Source of the DNA: Silvanigrellaceae bacterium
Lineage (GTDB): Bacteria; Bdellovibrionota_B; Oligoflexia; Silvanigrellales; Silvanigrellaceae
Assembly (NCBI GenBank): GCA_049423385.1
Contig: JBMSQQ010000043.1
Location: 1 to 29,470, forward strand
DNA length: 29,470 nt
Reading direction: 5' to 3'
Shown: positions 17,401-24,939 of the stretch, one piece after another
Layout: each line of letters starts with the position of its first letter
Position numbering within the stretch: the stretch's first letter is position 1
The notes under the pieces: generated by a model
What the model was told of the DNA's origin: nothing
Databases searched by the model: none
The model's input: only the letters and a program-made list of their open reading frames with translations
Program-made: the position numbers and the translations under genes

Positions 17401-17577
17401 ATCCCACGAGGTTCCATCCAAAATGAATTGAACCCGGGGTCGAGAGTCAATCTCATTTTTTTCATATGCATCTGCTGCAGATGCACTGAAAGAGCACACA
17501 GACATCAGGATCACTGCGGCAAGACAACGAATTATTCCGATAATATTTCGACCGACACTTGTCTCTCGCCCCAGCAA
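14410..17577 (-). CDS. Omp85-family outer-membrane protein (BamA/TamA type) with many POTRA domains (1055 aa)
   Basis: Signal peptide (SASA). Repeated POTRA hallmarks (ERGYLMARV, ADGYFDS, NRGFATAVV, DEGFAEAAV, NAGYAYASI, HDLFDTV). Barrel motifs VRGF and FLDSG, C-terminal beta-signal YHIGIGANF. TTG start with SD GGAGG. Confidence 0.9.
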   Translation of the reverse strand: MLGRETSVGRNIIGIIRCLAAVILMSVCSFSASAADAYEKNEIDSRPRVQFILDGTSWDPPSDLLAILNELPASDISNAIIHVLFERLGLQNIVVSRVSQDGGGVLQVTANRLPRVGEVAFRGLNSAQIRQVRVALKTKVGLPFIVEEAERDREAIRSKLAERGYLMARVDSPEAVAGLGGELKVVFPVSLETPCRIAEIKTEPDESFFDYFTTPIELGSLCDKAALEEVLERQKSRLLADGYFDSHLSLLSLSISADRQRASLKIRYVRGPKTRIEVLNRQTGIVTDVVSEFREKISAYDVLNLSDEELRAEVRREFFNRGFATAVVTGPVRVTDPNGDTVVRFFVQTGPLIVISDTQFIGELPLPRQEVVERLDLIPGVLEGSVPFVEDSLPRYRDKLVGLYLDEGFAEAAVADPVAQFSPDGRSVKLVFEVKAGYRSVLRDVTILGRPVDFNLTKSFQEKTLQPGQPLNAQILRNLEDEVRLELMNAGYAYASIQVVTKSLPPVGLVRPIQVTVDLNPGPLVRIGKIYAEGDSFGKQERIIIESGLRTGDIFSPDGLEQCRARILKHDLFDTVIIEPISAEALERRDSVLDLVIRLTAKRSYSLGLSPSYGTRSGYRFNVDFAKNNLSADGLRFTSALALSQEKLQSSVFSNQRIMGRKVTIGLMEPLIRFGSYVSPLDWSIVSGLEVSAQSLSDRYFETLDTGFAWRPQFAGRSWTVQSRVIHEWSKAFGEDLKPLEALDRPTVKIREFLLAASFDSRDNVEWPVNGMTFDVVSNHARFGLLSDVRYDRYSVDTGFFFPIYRRLSGAINLGGIKVSDVVNAQAVAVTAPSSRRATLAGRSTVRGFPEASSTVTPGPLLWLNFVPPQGNPSLQCQPTVKPIGATNVLYAKSEVRLRSPWLGESLGFAGFLDSGAAFFTGTELQTLQTRLKGEGDYLDPGSEDQCALKAASVVGDGSINLLSRDFFKDYSINSYFSAGAGIRYIISNFASINVDVGFPLHEPQDAGRNEKCINPSDVAGTSEAPACVKRRSTSRLFGLFPVPGAYHIGIGANF

Positions 17578-17579
17578 AC

Positions 17580-20500
17580 CTATTTTCCTCCAAATTGGAA
17601 TTTGAGCCCACCCGAAATTTCGGAATAGGAACCAATCTGCGAGGAACGGCGGTCGAATCCGCCCACCATGTTGACACTCTCGTTTATAAATATTGTTCCT
17701 GTGAGTGACTGCCGACTCGGCTCATAGTCAAGTCCGAGATTGAATTTCTCGCCCAGATCACGACTCGCCCTTGCTCGCCAACTGCTTTGCCCGCCATCCA
17801 GGATTGGTTGCAACTCAAAGCGATCGACAAAACCTCTCGTGATTTTTGAAACGGCTTGACTCAATGGATCATCAAAAAGCCCGACAACCTGATTTGCGAG
17901 TGCCTGGGTCACAGCGGTTTGCGTGGTTTCTCCGGGGCCACGGCCGGTTGAAATCATGCGTATCAATGCAGGGCGCGTCAGCGGATTTCCATCCGGTCCC
18001 GTCGACGGATCGCTCCATATATTGAGACGCGGCTTGGAAAGCGGTCCCTCTGCGCCGACAAATACGTTGTATTTTTCAATTTTGGCCGTCATTTGTGCGT
18101 CTATCTTTGGCTCAATTTTGACGATATTGTCGAAAACAGCCTCCGCCCGGGTCACATCGAATCTTGTTTTCAAGAGATTGAGCACTCCGTTGTCAAGCCG
18201 AACCTGACCAGACAAAATCGGCTCAACATCGCTTCCTGAAAGTCGAACAGCCGATGACAGTCTGCCCCGAAGGCAATTGCTTTGAATTGTGAAACTGTTG
18301 TCAGCCTCAATTCCAACATTCAAAAGCACACCGGGAGTGACTTGTTTCACAAGGGTACTTTCGCCCCCTCCTTTTCCGGACCTGATGAATTCCTGGCAGG
18401 TTGCATCGCGATAAGCGCGCCCCTTTGCAATCCGGATTTCGCCACCCACAGTGTACGGACGTCCAGACCCCGTGATTTCAACTTGCCCGTCGAGGGTCGT
18501 CTCAACTGTTTCAAACACTTCCTGAGGCCAGCGGAACTGTGCCGATCGCATATTCGCTCTCAGCGCCAAGGCCGGCTCACCTGCATTTTTTTCGTGCTCG
18601 GTTGCAAGATCAATTGTTCCAATCAAATCCACCTGCCCACTGCCCTTGCTTCCAGTCAGGGAGGGAATCTCAATCCTTGAGTCATCAAACACAATTTTTC
18701 CGTTCAGTCCGGTAATGGGTGGAGCAAAGTATTTTCCAGCGACAGAAACATTCTCCAGTTTCGCCTCGCCTCGCAACGTCGTTCCATCAGCGGACTTCTC
18801 CACCTCTCCGTTGACCACGATTGAACCGGTTGAAGTTGAAATCAGGTCAGAGACCTGGGCAAGAATTTCAGACTCAAGTTTTGCTTCAAGCATGCTGGTG
18901 TAAAAGCCGGTTTCCAACGCATACCGACCCTGAGTCTTGACAGTGCCCGCAGGCCCCATGACCAGCAGTCTCGAACTGGACAATTCGCCATCGGAAAGTA
19001 CTATCTGTACTGGATTGCTGAGGTTGAAATTCGACTTTCCGACTTGAATCCTGAGCTTGCTGACCTTACCGCTCCCATCGATTCGTGACAGGATTTTACG
19101 GAAATCGCCAAGAACCTTCTTGAAGCCTGGCGCGGTCACACTCATGTCTGATGAAATTTCGCCAGTCACCTTTACTGCGCCGTTGCCTTTCGCAAGAGCG
19201 GGAATGTACTTGAAGAGCTCAAACGAACGCAGGCTCATAAAAAGTTGAGTTGAGCGTTCAAACGAATGGTCAAGAATCATTCGCGCCTGAACTTGATCGA
19301 ACAGTCCCGAGGCGGTGACGTTGAGTGGTCCTCCGCCATGCGATGATGCGCTCCACAAAATCGACCCGAGGGAATTGTTGGCCCACTTGAACCGGTCGAT
19401 TCGACCAGATGACGAAAGTTCCCAGTCACGGACTCCACCTTGAATCGAGCCGCGCAAATCCAACAAGCCGGAAACAGCCTCACCATCTTCGCCTTTGAAT
19501 TGAAACGGCACTGATTGAACATCGGCCCGAACCGAAAGAGATTTCTGCGAGATGCTTTCAATTTCAAATATCGCTTTGGAAGCGGGAAGTTCAGATGACA
19601 TTGCTGATCGATTCGCATTGCCGGAAAATCCGATCATTCCAATCTCAAGGTTCTGTGTGTAAAGCCGACTTCCAGAACACCATCCTTGTTGGCAAAGCAA
19701 ACTTGCCTTCACATCCGATGCCTTGAATTGAGGATTCGACAGGTTGCGGATGGCAAACGCGAGCTGAAAATCCGATCGCAGGATATCGCGCAAACTTCCG
19801 TCCATTTGAAAATTTGAGACAGTCAGTTGGCCACGGGTGTTCTTTGAAAGCTGCCTTCCCTGCTCGCCAAAGACCTTAAGCAAATCCTCGACCTTGCCAT
19901 CAAACCTGGCGTCGACTGAAATTTTCCTGCTTTCAAAGCCAATCGACATGCGGCGAGAGGTAACGCTCGGCCTTTGCTCATCGCCTTCCAGCCAAGCCTC
20001 GGCATGCTGAGATGTGAAACCATTCCTGTCGAGACTAATCTGAGCTGCCAAGCGTGGAATTGCCAATCCAAAAACCGATGCGTCGTTCAACTGGACATCC
20101 GCCCTGAACGTGACTGGCTTGCTCTTCGAAGACTCGATGGAGCCGCTGAAGTTCATCTCGCCGTCTATGGGCTCACGCACGAAATAGGACACCAGTGATG
20201 CAGGAGCAGATTGAACGTGAAAGCGAAAGCTTCTGCTCGATTCAAGATAATTGATCAGTCCCTTGGCCAGTGAGACATCGGTTGGCCTCTCGAGTTCCTC
20301 TTGCCCGCATTGTGCTGATGATCCGGAAAAAGTCATATGCCTTGAATCGCTGTCGATGCGGAGATTGACTTCACAATTGGGCAGCGGAAATCGATTGGGC
20401 TCAAAATTCGGGACCAGCATTTTTGAAACAGACACCAAGCCTGATATCACGAGAGTGAAGCGCTTTTCTGCCGGAGCATGCATCAAACCACTCACAATCA

Positions 20501-21716
20501 ATTCACGAGAATCCATGTTGAAATTGATGACCGCAGTGGGAATCCCCAATCCGGCCATCATTTCCATGAATGGCCACTGTTTCACACGAAGAGTGTTGAA
20601 GTACGGCATTGAATCGCGAAGATTGTACTCACCTGAGCCCTCAATCGTCGCTCCATCCGGAGTCCTGAAGGTTGCATTTTTGTAACCAATCTTGAGATCC
20701 ACGTACTGAATTTCCGCATTGCCTGAATAAATGTCATAACCAGCCAGATTCAGATTGCTCCAGGACATTTGCCCATGCACTGCGGGTAAAAGGCTTGAAT
20801 GTGAATTTTTGCTTTCTTGCGAGCCTTCCGGATTGAGAAAGACACTTGCCTTGAATCGTCCGCGACCATCGAGTCCCGTGAGCGCGAACCATGGTGTGGA
20901 ATCGGACTCTCCATCGAGTTTCATATTGTAGTTTTTGATCTTGAAGTTGTCGCCAAATTGAACCTGACCCGACATCAACCAATTGCCAAGCCCACCACGG
21001 ACGTCCAGACGTTCAATACGTGCAATGCCTTCACTGTTCATTTCTGAATTGATTTCGATTGACTCAAGGGAAACCTGTTTTGAACAAGGGTCATCACTGG
21101 ACAAGCAAAATGAAGCCTTTCCGAGCTCGGCAATGATGGTCAGCCCAGAGTCGGACGTATTACCTCCAAATTTTGCAAAAACACTTCTGACAATGGCTTC
21201 GTTTTTGAATCCCGAATGCAATTCAAAGATGCGGCCATTCTTGAATTCTATCTGTCGTCCGAGATATACTTGGGCAATTCTCATGATTTCGGAAATGCGC
21301 AGTGCCTGCCGTGTTGATTTTTCTTCGTTCTTGAATCGGCCAAGTAGTCCGAGATCAAGTTTCCAACCATCCACCGAGATAAATTTGAGGGAAGGCAGCC
21401 AATTGCTGTTCAGATTCCAGGGGTCAAAACCAATGACAAATCCCTCAATCTCAGCCAGCTCATTCTTTTCGATCCCGGTTTCAGAAACCTTGATGCCCGA
21501 AATTGTCAATTTTGTTTCGAGAAAATTAAGTGCAATTGGGCCAATGCTGGCTTCCATGCCAAATGACTCGAGGTAGGTGTTCGCCTGCCTTCGAAACCAG
21601 TCATGAACAAATGCATTGTTTAAAATCAGATATGCGATGGCATTTGCGGAAATAAAAATTGTCACGAGAAGAAAGATCAACCTTCGCAATGTTCGCCAAA
21701 GCTGTTCCATGCTCAT
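17580..21716 (-). CDS. tamB: TamB/AsmA-like translocation and assembly module protein (1378 aa)
   Basis: Single N-terminal TM anchor, long beta-rich body, and a DUF490-like C-terminus (RFDVTRAEAVF...EPKIDAQMTAKIEKYNVFVGAEGPLSKPRLNIWSDP...GGLKFQF). Immediately upstream of the omp85 gene. Confidence 0.88.
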   Translation of the reverse strand: MSMEQLWRTLRRLIFLLVTIFISANAIAYLILNNAFVHDWFRRQANTYLESFGMEASIGPIALNFLETKLTISGIKVSETGIEKNELAEIEGFVIGFDPWNLNSNWLPSLKFISVDGWKLDLGLLGRFKNEEKSTRQALRISEIMRIAQVYLGRQIEFKNGRIFELHSGFKNEAIVRSVFAKFGGNTSDSGLTIIAELGKASFCLSSDDPCSKQVSLESIEINSEMNSEGIARIERLDVRGGLGNWLMSGQVQFGDNFKIKNYNMKLDGESDSTPWFALTGLDGRGRFKASVFLNPEGSQESKNSHSSLLPAVHGQMSWSNLNLAGYDIYSGNAEIQYVDLKIGYKNATFRTPDGATIEGSGEYNLRDSMPYFNTLRVKQWPFMEMMAGLGIPTAVINFNMDSRELIVSGLMHAPAEKRFTLVISGLVSVSKMLVPNFEPNRFPLPNCEVNLRIDSDSRHMTFSGSSAQCGQEELERPTDVSLAKGLINYLESSRSFRFHVQSAPASLVSYFVREPIDGEMNFSGSIESSKSKPVTFRADVQLNDASVFGLAIPRLAAQISLDRNGFTSQHAEAWLEGDEQRPSVTSRRMSIGFESRKISVDARFDGKVEDLLKVFGEQGRQLSKNTRGQLTVSNFQMDGSLRDILRSDFQLAFAIRNLSNPQFKASDVKASLLCQQGWCSGSRLYTQNLEIGMIGFSGNANRSAMSSELPASKAIFEIESISQKSLSVRADVQSVPFQFKGEDGEAVSGLLDLRGSIQGGVRDWELSSSGRIDRFKWANNSLGSILWSASSHGGGPLNVTASGLFDQVQARMILDHSFERSTQLFMSLRSFELFKYIPALAKGNGAVKVTGEISSDMSVTAPGFKKVLGDFRKILSRIDGSGKVSKLRIQVGKSNFNLSNPVQIVLSDGELSSSRLLVMGPAGTVKTQGRYALETGFYTSMLEAKLESEILAQVSDLISTSTGSIVVNGEVEKSADGTTLRGEAKLENVSVAGKYFAPPITGLNGKIVFDDSRIEIPSLTGSKGSGQVDLIGTIDLATEHEKNAGEPALALRANMRSAQFRWPQEVFETVETTLDGQVEITGSGRPYTVGGEIRIAKGRAYRDATCQEFIRSGKGGGESTLVKQVTPGVLLNVGIEADNSFTIQSNCLRGRLSSAVRLSGSDVEPILSGQVRLDNGVLNLLKTRFDVTRAEAVFDNIVKIEPKIDAQMTAKIEKYNVFVGAEGPLSKPRLNIWSDPSTGPDGNPLTRPALIRMISTGRGPGETTQTAVTQALANQVVGLFDDPLSQAVSKITRGFVDRFELQPILDGGQSSWRARASRDLGEKFNLGLDYEPSRQSLTGTIFINESVNMVGGFDRRSSQIGSYSEISGGLKFQFGGK

Positions 21717-22660
21717 GCTTCTCCACGTTGCGAACGTTGCATGAACAATCGATCAAACAACTTATCACCACCTGAATCGTCCCGAAATTCATTGATGATC
21801 TTGAGAAGCGTCAACAAGGCCTCGGTTTTTCTGTTTTCGGAAACAAGCTGCATGGTCATGAGCAGATTAACAAATGCAACCAATCCAAAAGTATTGTGAC
21901 TGAATCCAGTCGAAAATTTCATCCAATCGGGATCAAATCCACAACGGTTGATATATTCCTCAAAAAGATTGGAGGAACCTGCGTCCACGGCCGATTGAGT
22001 ACCCTGTTGCCGGTGCGGCAAGACCTCAACTTCGGCAATAGCCGGAGCATCGCTTGGCTCCCCCGCCTCAATCGGATCAACAGAGTAGACGTCCGAAAAT
22101 CCAATCTGCTGTGCATTGACTTCTTCGTTTGGTTCTTGCCCTGAATGAATTGCCGCAGTCTGCAGCTGTTCCAGACCATTCAATTCCAGTTCCATTTGAG
22201 TCTGGTTTTCGAGAATATCGTCTCTCCCTGCATCCAGTGAGGCATTTGCATCGTTGGCAGAAACGGTGGTTCTTGTTGAATGGAGTTCGGTGGGTTGGGA
22301 ATTGGCGTCAATGAGTCCAACCGGCGAAGGTGACACGGCAGTTGCTTGAGTAGCGGTTGCAAGAATTTCCGCGACTGTCTGCTCGGCAGCCCATCTTCCG
22401 CGACGCTTGAAGATTTCTTTTGCATACCGAAGCGCGGAATTTTCGCGGGGGGCAAGGAGCAATGCAAGGCGGAGCATCTGGAGCGCGAGCACGGGTTGTG
22501 CTCGAAGAATGACCGAAGAACACTCCGTCAAGAGGCCTGCCTGCTCCGATGGATTGTTCATGGTTCTACAAATACACACAATTCCTGCAACGAGATCACT
22601 TCGCCCAGGATTTTCCTCCAAGCTTGCAAGAACTTGTTTCCATTGGCCAGACAACCGCAT
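21713..22660 (-). CDS. Hypothetical cytoplasmic protein (315 aa): TPR-like N-terminus, acidic linker, small C-terminal helical domain
   Basis: ATGA overlap with tamB; G-rich SD-like run upstream; no signal peptide; LALQMLRLALLLAPRENSALRYAKEIF is TPR-like. Confidence 0.7.
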   Translation of the reverse strand: MRLSGQWKQVLASLEENPGRSDLVAGIVCICRTMNNPSEQAGLLTECSSVILRAQPVLALQMLRLALLLAPRENSALRYAKEIFKRRGRWAAEQTVAEILATATQATAVSPSPVGLIDANSQPTELHSTRTTVSANDANASLDAGRDDILENQTQMELELNGLEQLQTAAIHSGQEPNEEVNAQQIGFSDVYSVDPIEAGEPSDAPAIAEVEVLPHRQQGTQSAVDAGSSNLFEEYINRCGFDPDWMKFSTGFSHNTFGLVAFVNLLMTMQLVSENRKTEALLTLLKIINEFRDDSGGDKLFDRLFMQRSQRGEA

Positions 22661-22719
22661 TCCCCCCAGGATTTCATTTTATCACCCCCCACTGGAACAG
22701 AGCTGCCCAGCGCAAAATT

Positions 22720-22748
22720 TTGACCTGTATGTCGGGGTTTGCTAAGAA
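22720..22748 (+). promoter_or_regulatory. Putative sigma70 promoter for accD-folC-lptD
   Basis: TTGACC (22720-22725), 17-nt spacer, TAAGAA (22743-22748) with an extended -10 TG; 29 nt upstream of the accD ATG. Confidence 0.5.
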
Positions 22749-22777
22749 ACACCCCACTTTGAAACGGAGGATGACTC

Positions 22778-23644
22778 ATGGGATGGCTGTCTCGCGAACC
22801 CGCACGATTGCAGGAATCATCAGAGAAAAAGGCGATCCCCAGTGGAGTCTGGGAGAAATGTTCATCCTGCAATGAAATTGTACTCACAACAGATTTTGAG
22901 GAAAATCACCGCGTCTGTCCAAGTTGCGGCTTTCATGCGCGCATGCCGGGCGAAGAGCGGGTTGAGCTGCTGATCGATCGCGAGTCATTTTACGAGTGGG
23001 ACCACGACCTTTCGAGCTCGGATCCGCTCGAATTCAACGATGGTCGTTCCTACCATGACCGTCTCAAGAACCTCTGGAAAAAAACTCGGCGCTACGATGC
23101 AATCATCACGGGTGCCGGGCTCCTCGATGGACGTGCGGTGGCCCTGGGCGTGCTCGACTTCACATGGATGGGCGGAAGCATGGGGACGGTTGTCGGTGAA
23201 CGCATCAGACGCTTGTTCGCGCGAGCCCGTGCGCATCGAATGCCCGTGATCATGGTCAGCTCCAGTGGCGGAGCCCGGATGCACGAGGGCCTTTTGTCGT
23301 TGATGCAGATGGCGAAAACCTGCGCCGCCGTTGGGCAACATCGCGATGCCGGATTGCCGTTTATTTCCGTCATGTGTGACCCAACAACTGGCGGCGTGGC
23401 TGCGAGCTACGCAATGTTGGGTGATGTGAACCTTGCCGAACCCAAGGCGACCATTGGCTTTGCCGGACGCCGCGTGATTGAAACCACGATTCGGCAAAAA
23501 CTCCCCGACGACTTTCAGACTGCGGAGTTCCTGTTGAACCATGGAATGGTCGATCGCATCGTCAAACGGGCTGAAATGAAGGATATGATTGCGCGAACTC
23601 TCGCCATCCTTTGCCCGTCACAGGATCTCACCAATCCTCAATGA
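22778..23644 (+). CDS. accD: Acetyl-CoA carboxylase carboxyltransferase beta subunit (288 aa)
   Basis: WEKCSSC...VCPSC zinc ribbon, MGGSMG, SGGARMHEG, DPTTGGVAAS, IGFAGRRVIE and FQTAEFLLNHG. SD GGAGG. Confidence 0.97.
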   Translation: MGWLSREPARLQESSEKKAIPSGVWEKCSSCNEIVLTTDFEENHRVCPSCGFHARMPGEERVELLIDRESFYEWDHDLSSSDPLEFNDGRSYHDRLKNLWKKTRRYDAIITGAGLLDGRAVALGVLDFTWMGGSMGTVVGERIRRLFARARAHRMPVIMVSSSGGARMHEGLLSLMQMAKTCAAVGQHRDAGLPFISVMCDPTTGGVAASYAMLGDVNLAEPKATIGFAGRRVIETTIRQKLPDDFQTAEFLLNHGMVDRIVKRAEMKDMIARTLAILCPSQDLTNPQ

Positions 23645-24939
23645 CCGCTGAAAAGCCAGATCTTTCTTCATTCGAATCGACAATCCATTCGATGTTCTCT
23701 CGCGTGAGAGGGCACATCGAGCCTGGTGCCCATCGCATGTTGCGTCTTGTGCCGGAAGAAATTCTTTCCAAACTCACAAACATTCCGACCATTCTTGTCG
23801 GTGGGACCAACGGCAAAGGCACGACCTGTGCACTTCTTGAAAAATCAATTCGCGATGCCGGCTACAGCACAGCGTTGTACACCTCCCCACATTTGGTATC
23901 GCCAACCGAACGTATCCGTCTCGACGGTCATCCCATCTCCAGAAGCGACTTTTTTGAAACTGCCCGAAAAGTTTTCACAGATGCTCAAGCGAATCTGACG
24001 GATGCCACATTTTTTGAACTTGTCACCGCAACTGCATTGCACATGGTCGCAAACAGAAATCCGGATGCGTTTGTGTGTGAGGTCGGACTTGGCGGTCGCT
24101 TCGATTCAACCAACGTTTTGACACCCACTGTGAGTATTCTGACGAGTATTGGACTGGACCACACAGAATGGTTGGGCGATACCGAGGAAAAAATTGGATT
24201 CGAAAAAATTTTCATCTCGAGGCGCAACAGAAAAATATTTATCGGCAACGTCTCGGTGGAAGCACGACAAGGTATCGAACGTGGCCTTGAAATCACCGGC
24301 GGAATTCCACAATTCGTGACCGCCCCAGAACGAGCCGACATCCCGCGCGACATTCCAATTCAGGCCTTTGGCATTTGCGGCGAGGTTCTGAATCACCTTG
24401 GCAAGATGACTCGCGTCCATGTGTTGCCAGACCAGCTTCAAAAAGCTGCTCTGGCAATGCAATGGCCCGGTCGATTGGACTTGCGCGCAGTCAATGGAAC
24501 TCCAATTCTGCTGGACGGCGCCCACAATTCACACGGATTGAAGTTTTTTCTCGATGAGAGCCAGGCAAGGCCAAAAATCAAATTGTTGCCGAAGCCTTGG
24601 TTTGTCGTTTTCGCAAGCCTTCAGGACAAGGATTGGAAAAATTGCCTTCAACTGCTCATTCCCCATGCAAAAAACTGCGTACTGACCCAAACTCAGAGCA
24701 CCAGGGCGGTATCGGTGAACGAATTGTTGAAATATACTGAGTCAATTGCTGCGAGCGACCGCTGCCTTACGATTGAGACTTCTGCCGAAGCCCTCGACCA
24801 TGCGCTGTCTCTCGCATCGAAGGCGAACGGCACACTTGTGGTTTTGGGCTCGCTGACTCTCGTGGGCGAAGCACTTGAACATTTTGACTTGCCAGTTTTC
24901 ACCGAATTTGAATCCGGAGTCAGATGCAACAGCGGTTGA
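23641..24939 (+). CDS. folC: Bifunctional dihydrofolate/folylpolyglutamate synthase (432 aa)
   Basis: GTNGKGTT P-loop, YTSPHL, EVGLGGRFDSTN, IGLDHTEWLG, WPGR, DGAHN and GSL. ATGA overlap with accD. Confidence 0.93.
   Translation: MTAEKPDLSSFESTIHSMFSRVRGHIEPGAHRMLRLVPEEILSKLTNIPTILVGGTNGKGTTCALLEKSIRDAGYSTALYTSPHLVSPTERIRLDGHPISRSDFFETARKVFTDAQANLTDATFFELVTATALHMVANRNPDAFVCEVGLGGRFDSTNVLTPTVSILTSIGLDHTEWLGDTEEKIGFEKIFISRRNRKIFIGNVSVEARQGIERGLEITGGIPQFVTAPERADIPRDIPIQAFGICGEVLNHLGKMTRVHVLPDQLQKAALAMQWPGRLDLRAVNGTPILLDGAHNSHGLKFFLDESQARPKIKLLPKPWFVVFASLQDKDWKNCLQLLIPHAKNCVLTQTQSTRAVSVNELLKYTESIAASDRCLTIETSAEALDHALSLASKANGTLVVLGSLTLVGEALEHFDLPVFTEFESGVRCNSG

Noticed and set aside
20578..20593. 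parS-like half site TGTTTCAC inside tamB (another near 18343)
   Set aside because: The second half does not match GTGAAACA, so these are probably chance matches in coding sequence.
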